This document shows, one piece after another, positions 22,775-34,128 of a stretch of 38,031 nucleotides of DNA (position 1 is its first letter; the number at the start of each line of letters is the position of its first letter). The stretch is from Welwitschia mirabilis (Eukaryota): the NCBI GenBank assembly GCA_051453625.1, contig JBOZIK010000001.1:43650429-43688459 (forward strand), in the 5' to 3' direction. Under the pieces are notes generated by a model. That model saw nothing but the letters and a program-made list of their open reading frames with translations. It did not search any database and was not told the DNA's origin. The position numbers and the translations under genes were made by a program.

Positions 22775-23875
22775 TCTTATACTACTGACTTGCATATATT
22801 TGATTGGGTATTTTAAGTAGTTTTTAGAATATTAGATAGGTTTATATTGAAATTCCATAATACTAAAGAGATGAGATAAAAGATACAAAAACATGTAATA
22901 TTCATAATATTTTGTAGTATTTAGAGTAGTTTATAATACTTACTATGTTTGAGATAGATTTTCTACAAACATTGAGGTTGATACATTGGATAAATACTTG
23001 TAAAATCCTATCATTTACCTCATTATCTAAATGATAGTATGGATGACATAATAACTAAAGTTAATGAGGTTACTGACTATGATTAATTTGGTGATGACAT
23101 GGATTATTTATGAGATGGCATTATCCCTTATATGATCCAGATCACCAGCAGAAAAATATCTGTTATGACATATCATTGAACATTTACCTAAATCTTATCA
23201 TTTATTTTTATTTCTTTTCCCTGGTCATTAGGGTTATGCTTACATCAGCCTGTATGTCTTGTTGTTTATGTGTTTGTTGTTACTAAGTATTGATCTTGCC
23301 ATCGACTCTATCTTATCTTCTCTTACATGGAAATTTTTATGACAAGAGATCAAAGGATGTAGATCCATCCTTGGTAGTTATAGAGATATTTCTTCCTTGA
23401 TGTTGTACTATACTTACTTTATTAAGGTACGACTATTATATAACACAAATCTAGTTCGACTTTTAATAGAAAAACTATTTTCCATTTCCTATTCTTGTTG
23501 TTACTTATTTCTCATAGTTTATATTGCTTTTGATTTAGTAATAGTTTTTTGAGTGATAGAGATTATGAGAGTAACCTTTGTCAAGGTTTAGAATTATTAG
23601 TTTAGGTGCATTATTCATTTTTATTTGTAGATTAACTTTTCATAAGTGTGTTCCATTATACTTTTCTACATTGTAATTTACTTTTGTTGCTAAAATACAT
23701 AAGTGTTTCTTAATGAAATCAATTCTTTTTCTTCTAGTCTGGGCCTTCAACAAATTATAACATTCGAGTTAAATCCTATCTATATTAGTGTATTATATTG
23801 TATAAGATATATATTTTATTTGTAAATGATAAAATATTCTTAAGCGTAATCATTGCACAAATATGCACTGCAATA
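22775..23875 (+). repeat. 3' LTR of element B (~1.1 kb)
   Basis: Bounded by TCTTATACTACTGACTT...GCACTGCAATA, colinear with 8561-10015 and followed by the TSD GTATG. Confidence 0.9.
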
Positions 23876-23880
23876 GTATG

Positions 23881-24003
23881 TTTTCTTATACTCTATATAT
23901 TATGACATCCATTGATTAAATCATTCTATGATAAGCTTAAATTCAATTCCATTATTTTCAAAATTGACTAGTTTTGAAGTGTAATTTAGGCCTTCAACAA
24001 GTA
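23881..24003 (+). repeat. Remainder of the element D LTR
   Basis: Matches 6443-6562. Cut off about a dozen bases before the expected CACAACA end. Confidence 0.8.
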
Positions 24004-25466
24004 TAAACATTTATATGAGATTTTAAAATATAGTATCTAAGCATGTTAAGATAAAACATTATTGCTAATATTTCTTTCTCAATAGTAGTGTAATTTGTTT
24101 AAACTTTAGATAAAGTTTTGCTATGATAGGATATAACTCTAAAACCATTTTTATATTTTTTTTATAAGAATCCCATCATAGCAATATTACTAGTATTACA
24201 CATTGACTCAATTAGGTACTATTATAATAGTTGCAAAAGATATTTTTGTTAAATTAATATTTACCAAGTTGATGTCAAACTAACATTTTGTATTTAGAAA
24301 AACTTATTGTATTTTATGTAGACAATATTAATCTTTATAAGTTAGAATCTAAAACATTTTATCACAAATCATTTCTAAGCTTGACAGTTTTTATACCCTC
24401 AAAGGGGTTAACTGGATTCCTAAAGGATCAATGAAATATAAATCTTACAGTATTAAAAATTGATCATTAAGGAATCAACTAGATTTTATAGGGGTTAATC
24501 AAACTTGAGCATCAAATCTTTCACATCTAATCATCAAGGAGTCAATTAAATTCCATATGATTTGACTGAACTTGAAGTAAAATGTTTCCATGGGTTTGAT
24601 TAGACCTAGATCATAAAACAGTCTTGCAATTTTTCCTAGACATGGAGTTAATCAAATGAATATGTGGTAACTAGATATGAGGTAAACTAGACCTTGAGGA
24701 GTTAACTAAACATGGATCCATAAGAAATAGAGGTCAACTAAAAAATTATTAGGGTGATTGACTTTAGTGACAGTACTAGATAGGATTGACTGAATATTTT
24801 ATGATGGAAATAGGATTTTTCTAGCCATTTGGATACCCATTTTTATTCTTTGAAGAATATTTTCACTTATAAAAACCCTAAAAAACTTCTCCTATATATT
24901 TTCCAAGAGTTAAAATCACTGCACCACTTTTATATTATTTTTAAAATCATTGTAAAACTCATTGGTACATTCTATATATGAATAAAGACAAATAAATAAT
25001 TATTGTTATTATTTGTACTTATTTATTATACTATATATTCATGGATTATGCTATTAACTCAAGAAATGTAGTAATATCATTTTTGAGCTATAGATCTAGT
25101 GGAGCCTATGCATTGTAGCATATCATTATCACCACATTACATTCTTTCTAAATTTTGAGCCTTAGAAAAGTCCAATTATAAAGGTTATAGGTAAACTTAA
25201 AATACTTGAAAAGTGATTAGTAAAGATCCATATTAGGCTTGGATAAAGGCTAATTTCTGAGATTGGAGTAGGGGATTTCTCAAACCATTATAAATGTTGT
25301 ATACATCTCCATTAATACTTTTATGCTTTTAGTTCTTTACTTTTAAATTATTTACACAAATATTTTAGTATTCATTTCTTCTGGAGATAGCTCGTGAATG
25401 TAGTTTTTTATTTTTTTAAATTCTACTTATCCTTCCTCCCTTCATTTTAGGTTTCTAAATTCTTCA
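24002..25466 (+). repeat. Probable 5' LTR of the Copia element
   Basis: Ends TTCA at 25466, 2 nt before the PBS. C-rich tract CCTTCCTCCC near the end, TATA-like TATAAAAACCC at ~24868, repeat array at 24400-24795. Start uncertain. Confidence 0.6.
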
Positions 25467-25468
25467 TT

Positions 25469-25480
25469 TGGTATTAGAGC
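25469..25480 (+). promoter_or_regulatory. Primer-binding site, tRNA-iMet
   Basis: TGGTATTAGAGC versus the canonical TGGTATCAGAGC. Confidence 0.9.
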
Positions 25481-25507
25481 TAAATAGAATCATTTTTAGA
25501 TTCTAAT

Positions 25508-27180
25508 ATGTTTAGACTATTAAATCCTAAAAATAAGTAACCCTTTATATATATTATCTACTAATTACACTACACCTATACTAACTTACTGAAAGACTTG
25601 TATGAGAATATTTCTCAAATCTCTAGATGTAGGCATAGAGGAAATAATATACAGTGATTACACTATGCCCACACTAGTTTAAAATAATGTTTACTAAAAT
25701 ACGATAGTGGTATCAAGAACTTGATATCAATGGAACCATATTCATACATCCCAAGCTACCCTAAATACCTATGCTCTTAATGCAAATCTTTGTATAGTAT
25801 GTATAGATGAGTTTAAAAGGATCATAAACTATGAATATGCAAAAGAAGCTTAGGATATTCTTGAAATAGTATATGAAGGGATATCTACTATTAAGTAGGC
25901 AAAACTTCAAATGAATATTTCTAATTTTAAATACATTTACATGGATGAGGAAGAGACGCTTTAAAAGTTCTTTGCTAAACTGACAGACATTGTAAATTTT
26001 ATGACAAGTCTAGATGAAATTAGGAAAAAAGAAAATTTGGTTTAAAAAGTATTTAGATCTCTCTCAAAATGATTTGAAACAAAGGTCACAATTATTAAAT
26101 GAAAAAAGAACATTAATTAAATGGTATTTAAGGAGCTGTAAGATAATATTCAAACTTATGAATTGAAATTTACTAAAGATATAAAGAAAGGTTTACTTTG
26201 AAAAGTGTGTAGGAAGGCTATAAATTAGAAAAATTAGATGAATACCTTGATGATAACAAAGTTGTCCTTCTAGCAAGAAGATTTAAAAAGTTCTTACACA
26301 AAAGAAAGAAATAAGGTAAGTCAAGTATAGAATCAAAAAGAAATCATTTCACGTTTAGAAAAGATCAAGAAGAGGGAAGGATATCTAATGTTATACTTGC
26401 AAAGGTTATGGACACATTGTAAATGAATTTCCAAAAAATAAAAGAGATTATAAGAGGTCAAAGAGATCATCTTTTATTACTACATGGGATAATGTAGATG
26501 AAGAGAATGATAATAGCTCAAGTAAAAAGTCAGATGAAGTTTAAATACTTTTATTCATGTTAATAGTGCCTCTTTTAAAAAACTTTTCTTACTTATCTAA
26601 ATCTGATGACTTAAATATTATCAAAGAAAATCAAAATAAACTTTAAAATACCTATTACAAACTTTATTCAAAGTGTGAAAAATTGGTGAAACATATTAAT
26701 GATCTAAATAATATAGTAAAGGCTCTAACCAAGAGAAAAAGAGAAGTTGGAGAAAAAGTACAGAAAGGTTCAATCTAAAAACTTCAAATTTTCTATGGAG
26801 ATAAAGAATTTGTCTCATTTTATTAGTAAATTTTAAAATAGTTTAATTAAATTAAAATAGATTCTTAGGATACAAAAACTAATTCATGACAAAAAAGGTA
26901 TTGGATTCATTCCTCAAAGGCTACAAAATCAGCCAAATCAAGTATTATGACAAAATAGTTTTGTTTTAAGAATTACATGTCATTTTTATGGTAATTCTAT
27001 TCTTTCTAAGTTATTTTACAATACTAAAAGATTAATTCTATTTTTGAATTCTCTTAGTACTTTTCCTTTTAAATTTATTCCAAGAAGAGGTGTATCACAT
27101 CAGTCTAAAAGGACTAAGTGTGTAAGAGCTAATAATTTGAAAAGTCTTTTTATTCAAATAGCTTTAAAGATATTAAATGA
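25508..27180 (+). pseudogene. gag: Decayed Copia gag
   Basis: Y*KTCMRIFLKSLD, AKEA*DILEIVYEG.STIK*AKLQM, MDEEET..FFAKLTDIVN, CYTCKGYGHIVNE(C)P knuckle at ~26390, DKKGIGF at ~26890. Confidence 0.88.
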
Positions 27181-30130
27181 AACTAGCTAGTACTCAGATA
27201 GTGGCTACTCTTAACATATAATAGGGGATAAGTTAAATTAAAATAGTTGAATGACTTTGATAATAAAGAAGTTACATGCAGTAACAATCAAAGAGCAAAG
27301 GTTAAAGGAATTGAAAGCATTGGTGGAGGTAACTTACCTAAGATAAATGAGGTTTATATGGTAATGGCCTTAAGAATAATTTAATTAGCATTATACAAAT
27401 TTATGATAAAGGATACAAAGCTATTTTCAATTGTCTAAAATACAAAGTTAGACATGATATAACAAATGATATTATTCTTAGTTAATCAATGTTTTTCTGC
27501 ATGTTATTTTTCTCATGTAAACCAGGAAGAACTATGGCATCAATGCTTAGGACACATAAATTATGATTATTTGAAAATGAGTATTAAAAATGAAATTATA
27601 AAAGGAATTCTAAAGATTAATATTGAAAAACATGATCTTTATGATGCATGCCAAAAAGGAAAACAAGTAAGAACCTCTCACAAAATCAAAAATCTAGTTT
27701 CCACAATAATGCCTCTTAAGCTTATTCATATGGATTTGGTGAGTCTAGTCCAAACAATAAGTTTAAGATGAAAAATTATTTTTTAGCTATGGTTGATGAC
27801 TACTAAAGACCTACTTGGGTTGTCTTTCTTGAAAACAAAGCCAAAACGTATAAAATTTGGGTTGAATTTGCAAAAAAAATTCAAAGAAAGAAAGGTTTCA
27901 GCATTAATAAAATTAGAAGCAATAATGTAGATTTATTTAAAAATCATTTGTTTGAAAATATTGTGTTGATAATGATATTAAACATAAATTTCTAGCCCCA
28001 AAAATGCCTCAACAAAATAAAATTCCTAAGAGAAAAAACTAAGTCCTTCAAGAAATGGCTGGAACAATGTTCAATCATAAGAAGGTTCTTAAAAATTTTT
28101 GGGATAAAGCTATAAGCATCACTAATAGAGTTTACCTTATATTAGGAATAGATAAAACTTATTATGAGATTTAGAAAGAAAAAAACAAAATATTTTATAT
28201 TTTAAAATCTTTGGAAGTAAGTGCTTTATTTTAAAGGATTAAGAACACTTGAGTAAATTTGAATCAAAGGCTAATGAAGTAAACATGTTAGGATACTCAA
28301 CTAGAAGTAAAGCTTATCGAGTGTTTAACCAAAAAAATATAACTATGGAAGAGTCTATAAATGTACAAATAGATGATATTAGCACAAGACCTATTCCTTC
28401 AAATGATGAAAAAAAAGGTATGTCCAAGAACTTCCATAATTAAAAAAAGCTCAACTAAAAAAAAAAAAAAGGTACCAACTAAAGAAGTCACTACTAAAAA
28501 GTTTTAATAGAAAAAAATCATCCTTTAAGATCCATCATTGGAGATGTTAGCTCAAAGATTAGAACAAGAAACTCTATGAAAAATGTTTATGCTCACATTT
28601 GTTATGTCTATCAAGTTAAACCTAAAAACTTTAAAGATGTAAAATCACACGAAGAATGAATTATGGCCATGTAAGATGAACTATAACAAATTAAAAAAAA
28701 TAATGTATAGATGCTTATTAAAAGAATAAAATATAAAAATATTATTTGGATAAAAAAGTATGATGAGATGAATAATATAGTTAAAAACAAAACTAGATTA
28801 GTTGTACGAGGCTACAACCCAATTAAGGGTGTTGATGTAAGTGATACTTTTGCTCTTGTTACTAGGACAGATAGTGTTATAATGTTTTTAATCTTATATA
28901 GCCTTTAAGAATATTAAAGTTTATTAAATAAATATAAATAGTGCTTTTTTAAATGGAGCCATTAACAAAAAAAGTGTATGGGGAACAACTTCAAGAGTTT
29001 ATAGATCCACATAAACCAAACTATGTGTATAGACTTGAAAAGGCCTTATATGATTTAAAGTAAGCTCTTAGATCTTGTTACGAAAAAGTAGCCATATTGT
29101 TAAATGAAAATGGTTATATTCATGGAACTATAGATAAAACATTATTTGTCAAGAATCTCAAAAGAACTTTATTATTATTGAAACTGATGTGAGTGACATA
29201 ATTTTTGGTACCTCAAATGAAGTTTTATTAAAATAATTTGCTAGTATCATGATAACAAACTTTAAAATAAGTATGCTTAGTGAAGTTAAAATGATTTTTT
29301 GCCTACAAATTAAATCAATAAAAGATGGAATTTTCATATCTCAGTCTAAATATGCAAAGAATGTGATTAAATAATTTAAATTATAGAATACAAAATCAAC
29401 TAATACACCTATGTCAACTTCTTGTAAAGTTAGTGTAGATGAACATGAAAAATCTATAAAGGAAAAACTTTATAAAAGCATAATAGGAAGTCTTTTGTAT
29501 CTAATGACAAGTAGACTCAATATGATCTTTAGTGTTGTCATGTGTGTTAGATATCATATCCAATCAAAATAAGCACAACTCTAAGATGTTAAAAGAATTA
29601 TAGGATATATAAAAGGAACATGTGACTATGGATTATGGTATCCAACAAAAACATTTTTTGATCTTATAATTTTTAGTGATGTAGATTGGGTTAGATGTAA
29701 AGATGATAGAAAACACATAAGTGGTAATTACTTTCTTTTAGAATCATGCTTAGTAAGATGGGTTAGTAAAAAGTAAAACTTTGTCTCCCTTTCAATAGTA
29801 GAAGTAGAATATATAGCAATAAGGCGTTATTGGATCCATATCCTTTAGATGAAGTAAATGCTAAAATATTTTAGTATAAATTTTGAGCAAGTTCAAAATT
29901 TTTTGACAACATAAGCATAACTAATATATTCAAAAAACCTGTTCAACATTCTAGAGCTAAACACATTGAATTAAGACATCATTTCCATAAAAATCAAGTG
30001 GAAAAAGGTAATATTTCAATGAATTTTATTAGTACTGATAAATAACTTACTAATATTTTCACTAAACCCTAAACTTTAATAATTTTATAAGAGTTTGAAA
30101 TGAACTAGGGGTTATTTACCATCCTCTAAT
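27181..30130 (+). pseudogene. pol: Decayed Copia pol (protease, integrase, RT, RNase H)
   Basis: *YSDSGYS*HIIGD (WYLDSGCSxHMTGD), LWHQCLGHIN, CQKGKQ, LIHMDLV, LGYSTRSKAYRVFN, KNKTRLVVRGY, LEKALYDLK*A, SIIGSLLYL, FSDVDWV.CKDDRKHISG, PVQHSRAKHIELRHHF, LTNIFTKP. Confidence 0.93.
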
Positions 30131-30462
30131 TAATTATAGGATGATCAACTAGATCTTTAATTTGCTTAATCAGATGTGGTCAGTCGACCAGTCTAAAAAC
30201 CCAATCACCCAAACCTAAAGTATTATGACTTGAATTTTAATAGGTTAATCAAATTATAACCTAGTTGACTAAACCTATAGGATTATAGTATGTAGGTTAA
30301 GATAATGAACTCTATATTTTTCTTAAATTTGAATTAATTAGGTGTTTTTTATGAAATCTTATGGAGTCAAACCCTTTCCATTTTCTTCTGGACACCTATT
30401 TCATTTAGATCTAGATTTTTCTTATAGGATTTCTTATCTTTAAGAAGTTGTCAGATATTTGT

Positions 30463-31415
30463 AATGGTAGACGATTCCTCAAGAAGATGAGAAAAGAAGC
30501 TAGCAAGTAAAAATCCATTGTATTTTTACTATGGAATGTCTGAGAAAGATGTGGACATGTTTATAGAGATGTTTGAGAAGAAACCTATGTGCAAAGAGTG
30601 GGCTACTACTTCTGAAGAACTAAGGAAAATTTGAGATGTGGTAAGAATCTTAAATAAGCTTAATATTTTCTATTTTCTTGATGTCTTAGGATCAGCATAC
30701 CCTTTTTGTTTAGGATGTTCTACTATAATGCCTCTTTTAATGCTAACGCTAGTACCCTAATAACCTTTGTTTTGAGGTTATTGCAAATCTTATTATTACC
30801 ATCATAAATCTTCCTAAAGAAAATTATGAGAAGTTTTAGTTCCTTTGTGATTTCATGAAGGATAAGATAAAGGTAATAATAAAACTTTGTGATAAGGTTC
30901 ATAGGTATAAAACCACCCTTTCTACTTTTTTCCTTATCCTAAAGTACCATTTCTTGTAATAGTTTTTACTTATAATTTCTTATCCTTGGTGGGTTATCAT
31001 GATGAGACCTCCAACTATAAAGCTTATTTAATGTATTTGGTGGAAACTTGACATTCTATTAATGCTCCTGCCATTATGTTAAAAAATATGATCTCTTAAT
31101 TAGAGTATCATAACACTAGGGCTCTTCCCTATTCAATGTTAATTACCAACATTTATTACCATTATAGAGATTAAATGCATCCAAAGTTAGAAACCCTCAA
31201 TCTTATATTAGCCATTAGGTGTGTGTCTTTATCTCACATGCATATCTTTATAACTCCTAAGAAATCCTCCAAGTCTCCTTCTCCCAAGCAAGCTTCTCCT
31301 GAAAAGAGTCTCTTATAGCTAAAGATGATAGATTCTCATACCAAACATATGAAAGAAGCTCTAATCATAGTAAGATATGAGATCACTAATACTTTTAAGG
31401 AATCCAATAGCTCAG
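30463..31415 (+). pseudogene. Decayed extra 3' ('env-like') ORF of the SIRE-like element
   Basis: Follows the pol stop, with ATG at 30463. Fragments include SAYP.(L)FRMFYYNA, LILKYHFL, INAPAIMLKNM and ALPYSMLITNI. Confidence 0.65.
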
Positions 31416-32289
31416 TGTTATAATGCTAATTTGTAGGAATTTAATGGTATTTTTGAAGTAATTTTATAAGATATTTAAAGAGGTTTGGATGCAATTTTGA
31501 TAATTATAATGAGTCGATGGAATGATCATAGAAGCACATAATTCTTACCATAATTAAAGGTATTTTAGGCATGTTCTGGTACTTAGTATGTTGAAGGAAA
31601 ATTAATGATGAAAAAGGTTGATTTACTTTACCTGATAAGCTCTAAAAGGGTGTTGTTCCCATTGTCATTCTCATGATAGATTGGACAATAGCACTACATT
31701 AATCTTTTGTAATAGTAATATGGATTGGATCTTGGATCTAACAAATCTAGTTTTCTAGGGAGGTATTATTCCCATTGGCATTCCCATCACATGAGGGACA
31801 ACAACACACCTAGAGCTATCTACAAGGCTAATTGTGAAGCCAAAAGCTGATTATTTATCTATTATAATAGGGCTTCATCCCCAATGTCATCCCCATGATA
31901 GTCAGGATGATAACTATTTTATATAAGTGGGACTAAATTATCGTATAATGGAATTATGCACCCCAGTTGGGTTACTAGGTTTTCGTTTCCAATTTCTAAG
32001 GTTATAGTTTTAGAGATTTTAATGTAAAATTATAAATATCTCCCTTGTCCTTACTTCCAATTCATCTTTTTAATCTAATATGCCTATAATAAAATATTGG
32101 ATAAGAGGTCTCTCTAGTAGCTACAAAGAGGAGTTCTTTTGGTGTTAGGCTAAGTCTCTTTCATTGAGGTGCTACTACTTTATTGTAATTAGATGTAAAA
32201 TTCTTTAAAATTAATACAATTAATCTTTTCATTTTAATTCTATTTATGTCCCTTATGGTTTAAGTTGATCATAGTTTAAGTAAAATCAT
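31416..32289 (+). repeat. Partial Athila-like LTR (same subfamily as 10853-12187), truncated by the next LTR
   Basis: Starts TGTTATAATGCTAATTTGTAGGAATTT and is colinear with ~10853-11720. Confidence 0.78.
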
Positions 32290-33500
32290 TATTGAGACAT
32301 CAACTTATGTGTATTTGATAGGGTATTTTGAGTTGTTTTACAGATAAACTAATAGATAAATGCCTAATTCCTATGACAATCGAGAATCTAGGAGCATAAG
32401 ATAAAAACATGCAGTTTATCAAATAATTCATGAGGATTTCCTATAGATATAGATAAATTGTATTTTCAAATAATTATCCCTAAAAAACAACAAGATATCA
32501 CACTCACAAAGAATGAATAGAAGACTGTTGTCCCCTCTGTTGTCTAGATGACAATCAGGACGATAAGCTTAATCAATCATATGATAGACTTATCTCTAGA
32601 TAACTTGTAGTTGAAGTGAAGATCTTATTATCAGACTCCATCATCCACCACATCATCCAGACAATACTAGTAGATGACATCTCTAGAACTAGTTGATGGA
32701 ACTTCACATGTAGATCACAGATAGTTAAACTGGAAGCTAAACAAATAACTCATTGTAAAACCCTTTCATCTCCTTTATCGTTCGGACGACCACATGGACG
32801 ACACTGTTATTCCATACTTTTACAGATTGTATTCCTGAGCTGTCACCTGTTAGTTGTAACTTTTTCTTGCATGTTAGCTAGAGTTTCTGCTTTACTTTTT
32901 TGTCAGTCCCTTTTCCCTTTCTATCTATAAATAAAGGTCTCTTTCTTAATCCCTAATCATCTTCGATAGTACCTGACATTCTCGTGACAGGAGAACTTGG
33001 GACCAGAGAACCATCTTGTAATCCAGAGAAATGTTACCTTGGTATTGGGTAGCGTATCCTCCATTGAGGAATGACTACTTTGTGATATAGATGCCTTTTT
33101 ATCTTTAATATAAATTACTTTTTTTGTTAATAATTGTAGGAACTTATCCCTCATAGTTTATGTTGTTCTAGATACATGATAGGTTTCTTTAATTATATGG
33201 ATTATCAGAATAGCCTTCGTTAAGGCCGAGCTTGATTAGATTAGGTGCATTGTTGTTTACTTTCTTAGATTAGCTTATATCAGCATCTTTTATTTCCATG
33301 CACTGCAATTTATTTTACTAGATTAAAGTTACATATTTCTCTTTGAAATCAACTCTTTATTGTCCATACCATGGGCCTTCGACTGAATTATAACATTCAG
33401 ATCACTCCATCTATACTAGCATGTTGTATTTTGCATCTTATTTATAATTGACAGGATTGAAATTGAAGCATGAAACATTGCACAAATACACATCACAACA
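32290..33500 (+). repeat. Solo or recombinant LTR of the element A subfamily
   Basis: Bounded by TATTGAGACATCAACTT...CATCACAACA and homologous to 3053-4148 (inverted). No PBS after it and no PPT before it. Confidence 0.85.
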
Positions 33501-34128
33501 TCTATTATGATCATCACCTACAAAAGATTATTATACCTATGCACATAAATCAAGTTAAAGTAGAAAACTAACAGAAACTTAAAACTAGATCTGTTTGGGT
33601 ATCATTGGAAATAACTACTACTAACTATTGAAAGAAAAAAAAGGAAAAAAAGTGAAAAAAATTACAAAACAAAAAGGAAAAAATTGACCAATTTTCATAA
33701 CAGTGGAGTGGACTAGTAATTACCACTAAAAAAAAAACTATTTATAAATCTTGCAAGAAAGTTAAATTTGTACTCTTCCTGTGTAGCCTCTATGACATTT
33801 TCCCTCGTAAAGATACCAAACCATTGTTTGTGTTGATAAATGAACTATATTTAAACTGAGTTAAAGATCAATATTGTTATCTCCATAAGGATAATAGGGT
33901 AGTTTTCTAGAAATTACACAATCTTGCTTAACATTTAAGTAACAAAAGAGGAAAGAAAAAAATAGCCATAGATTTAATAAATGTTTTAAAACCTTAACGG
34001 AAAAGAAAGAAAGCAAGCAAGCTTTAACAATTCACCTAATTTATCCACTAGCCATTATACACTTTAAAGATACCTTGCATGTTTTTGAAACATACTTAAA
34101 CTCATTAAGTAATGATGGATTAGGTTAT
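33501..34128 (-). mobile_element. Fragment of Athila-like internal region upstream of the extra ORF
   Basis: Minus strand TCATAGAGGCTACACAGGAAGAGTAC...GGTAATTACTAG resembles 20742-20822 (TCATAGATGGGATACATTGAAAAAACTAC...GGTAATCTAG). Similarity is patchy. Confidence 0.5.

Larger units (their letters stand above)
8561..23875 (+). mobile_element. Structurally complete Athila-like Ty3/Gypsy retrotransposon (element B) with 5-bp TSD GTATG
   Basis: Two homologous LTRs (8561-10015, 22775-23875), degenerate PBS, domain order gag-PR-RT-RH-INT, extra 3' ORF and PPT. GTATG occurs at 8556-8560 and 23876-23880, and the host LTR rejoins across the insertion. Confidence 0.9.
24002..31415 (+). mobile_element. 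Ty1/Copia Sirevirus(SIRE)-like retrotransposon: 5' LTR, gag-pol, extra 3' ORF; 3' LTR not seen
   Basis: tRNA-iMet PBS, domain order gag-PR-INT-RT-RH, long gag with DKKGIGF and a second Zn-knuckle remnant, extra ORF after pol, palindrome array in the LTR. The left boundary is inferred from where the Athila LTR homology stops. Confidence 0.85.

Noticed and set aside
24400..24795. Regularly spaced short palindromic repeats as a CRISPR-like array
   Set aside because: Units are short, degenerate and inside a plant LTR; there are no cas genes or prokaryotic features.
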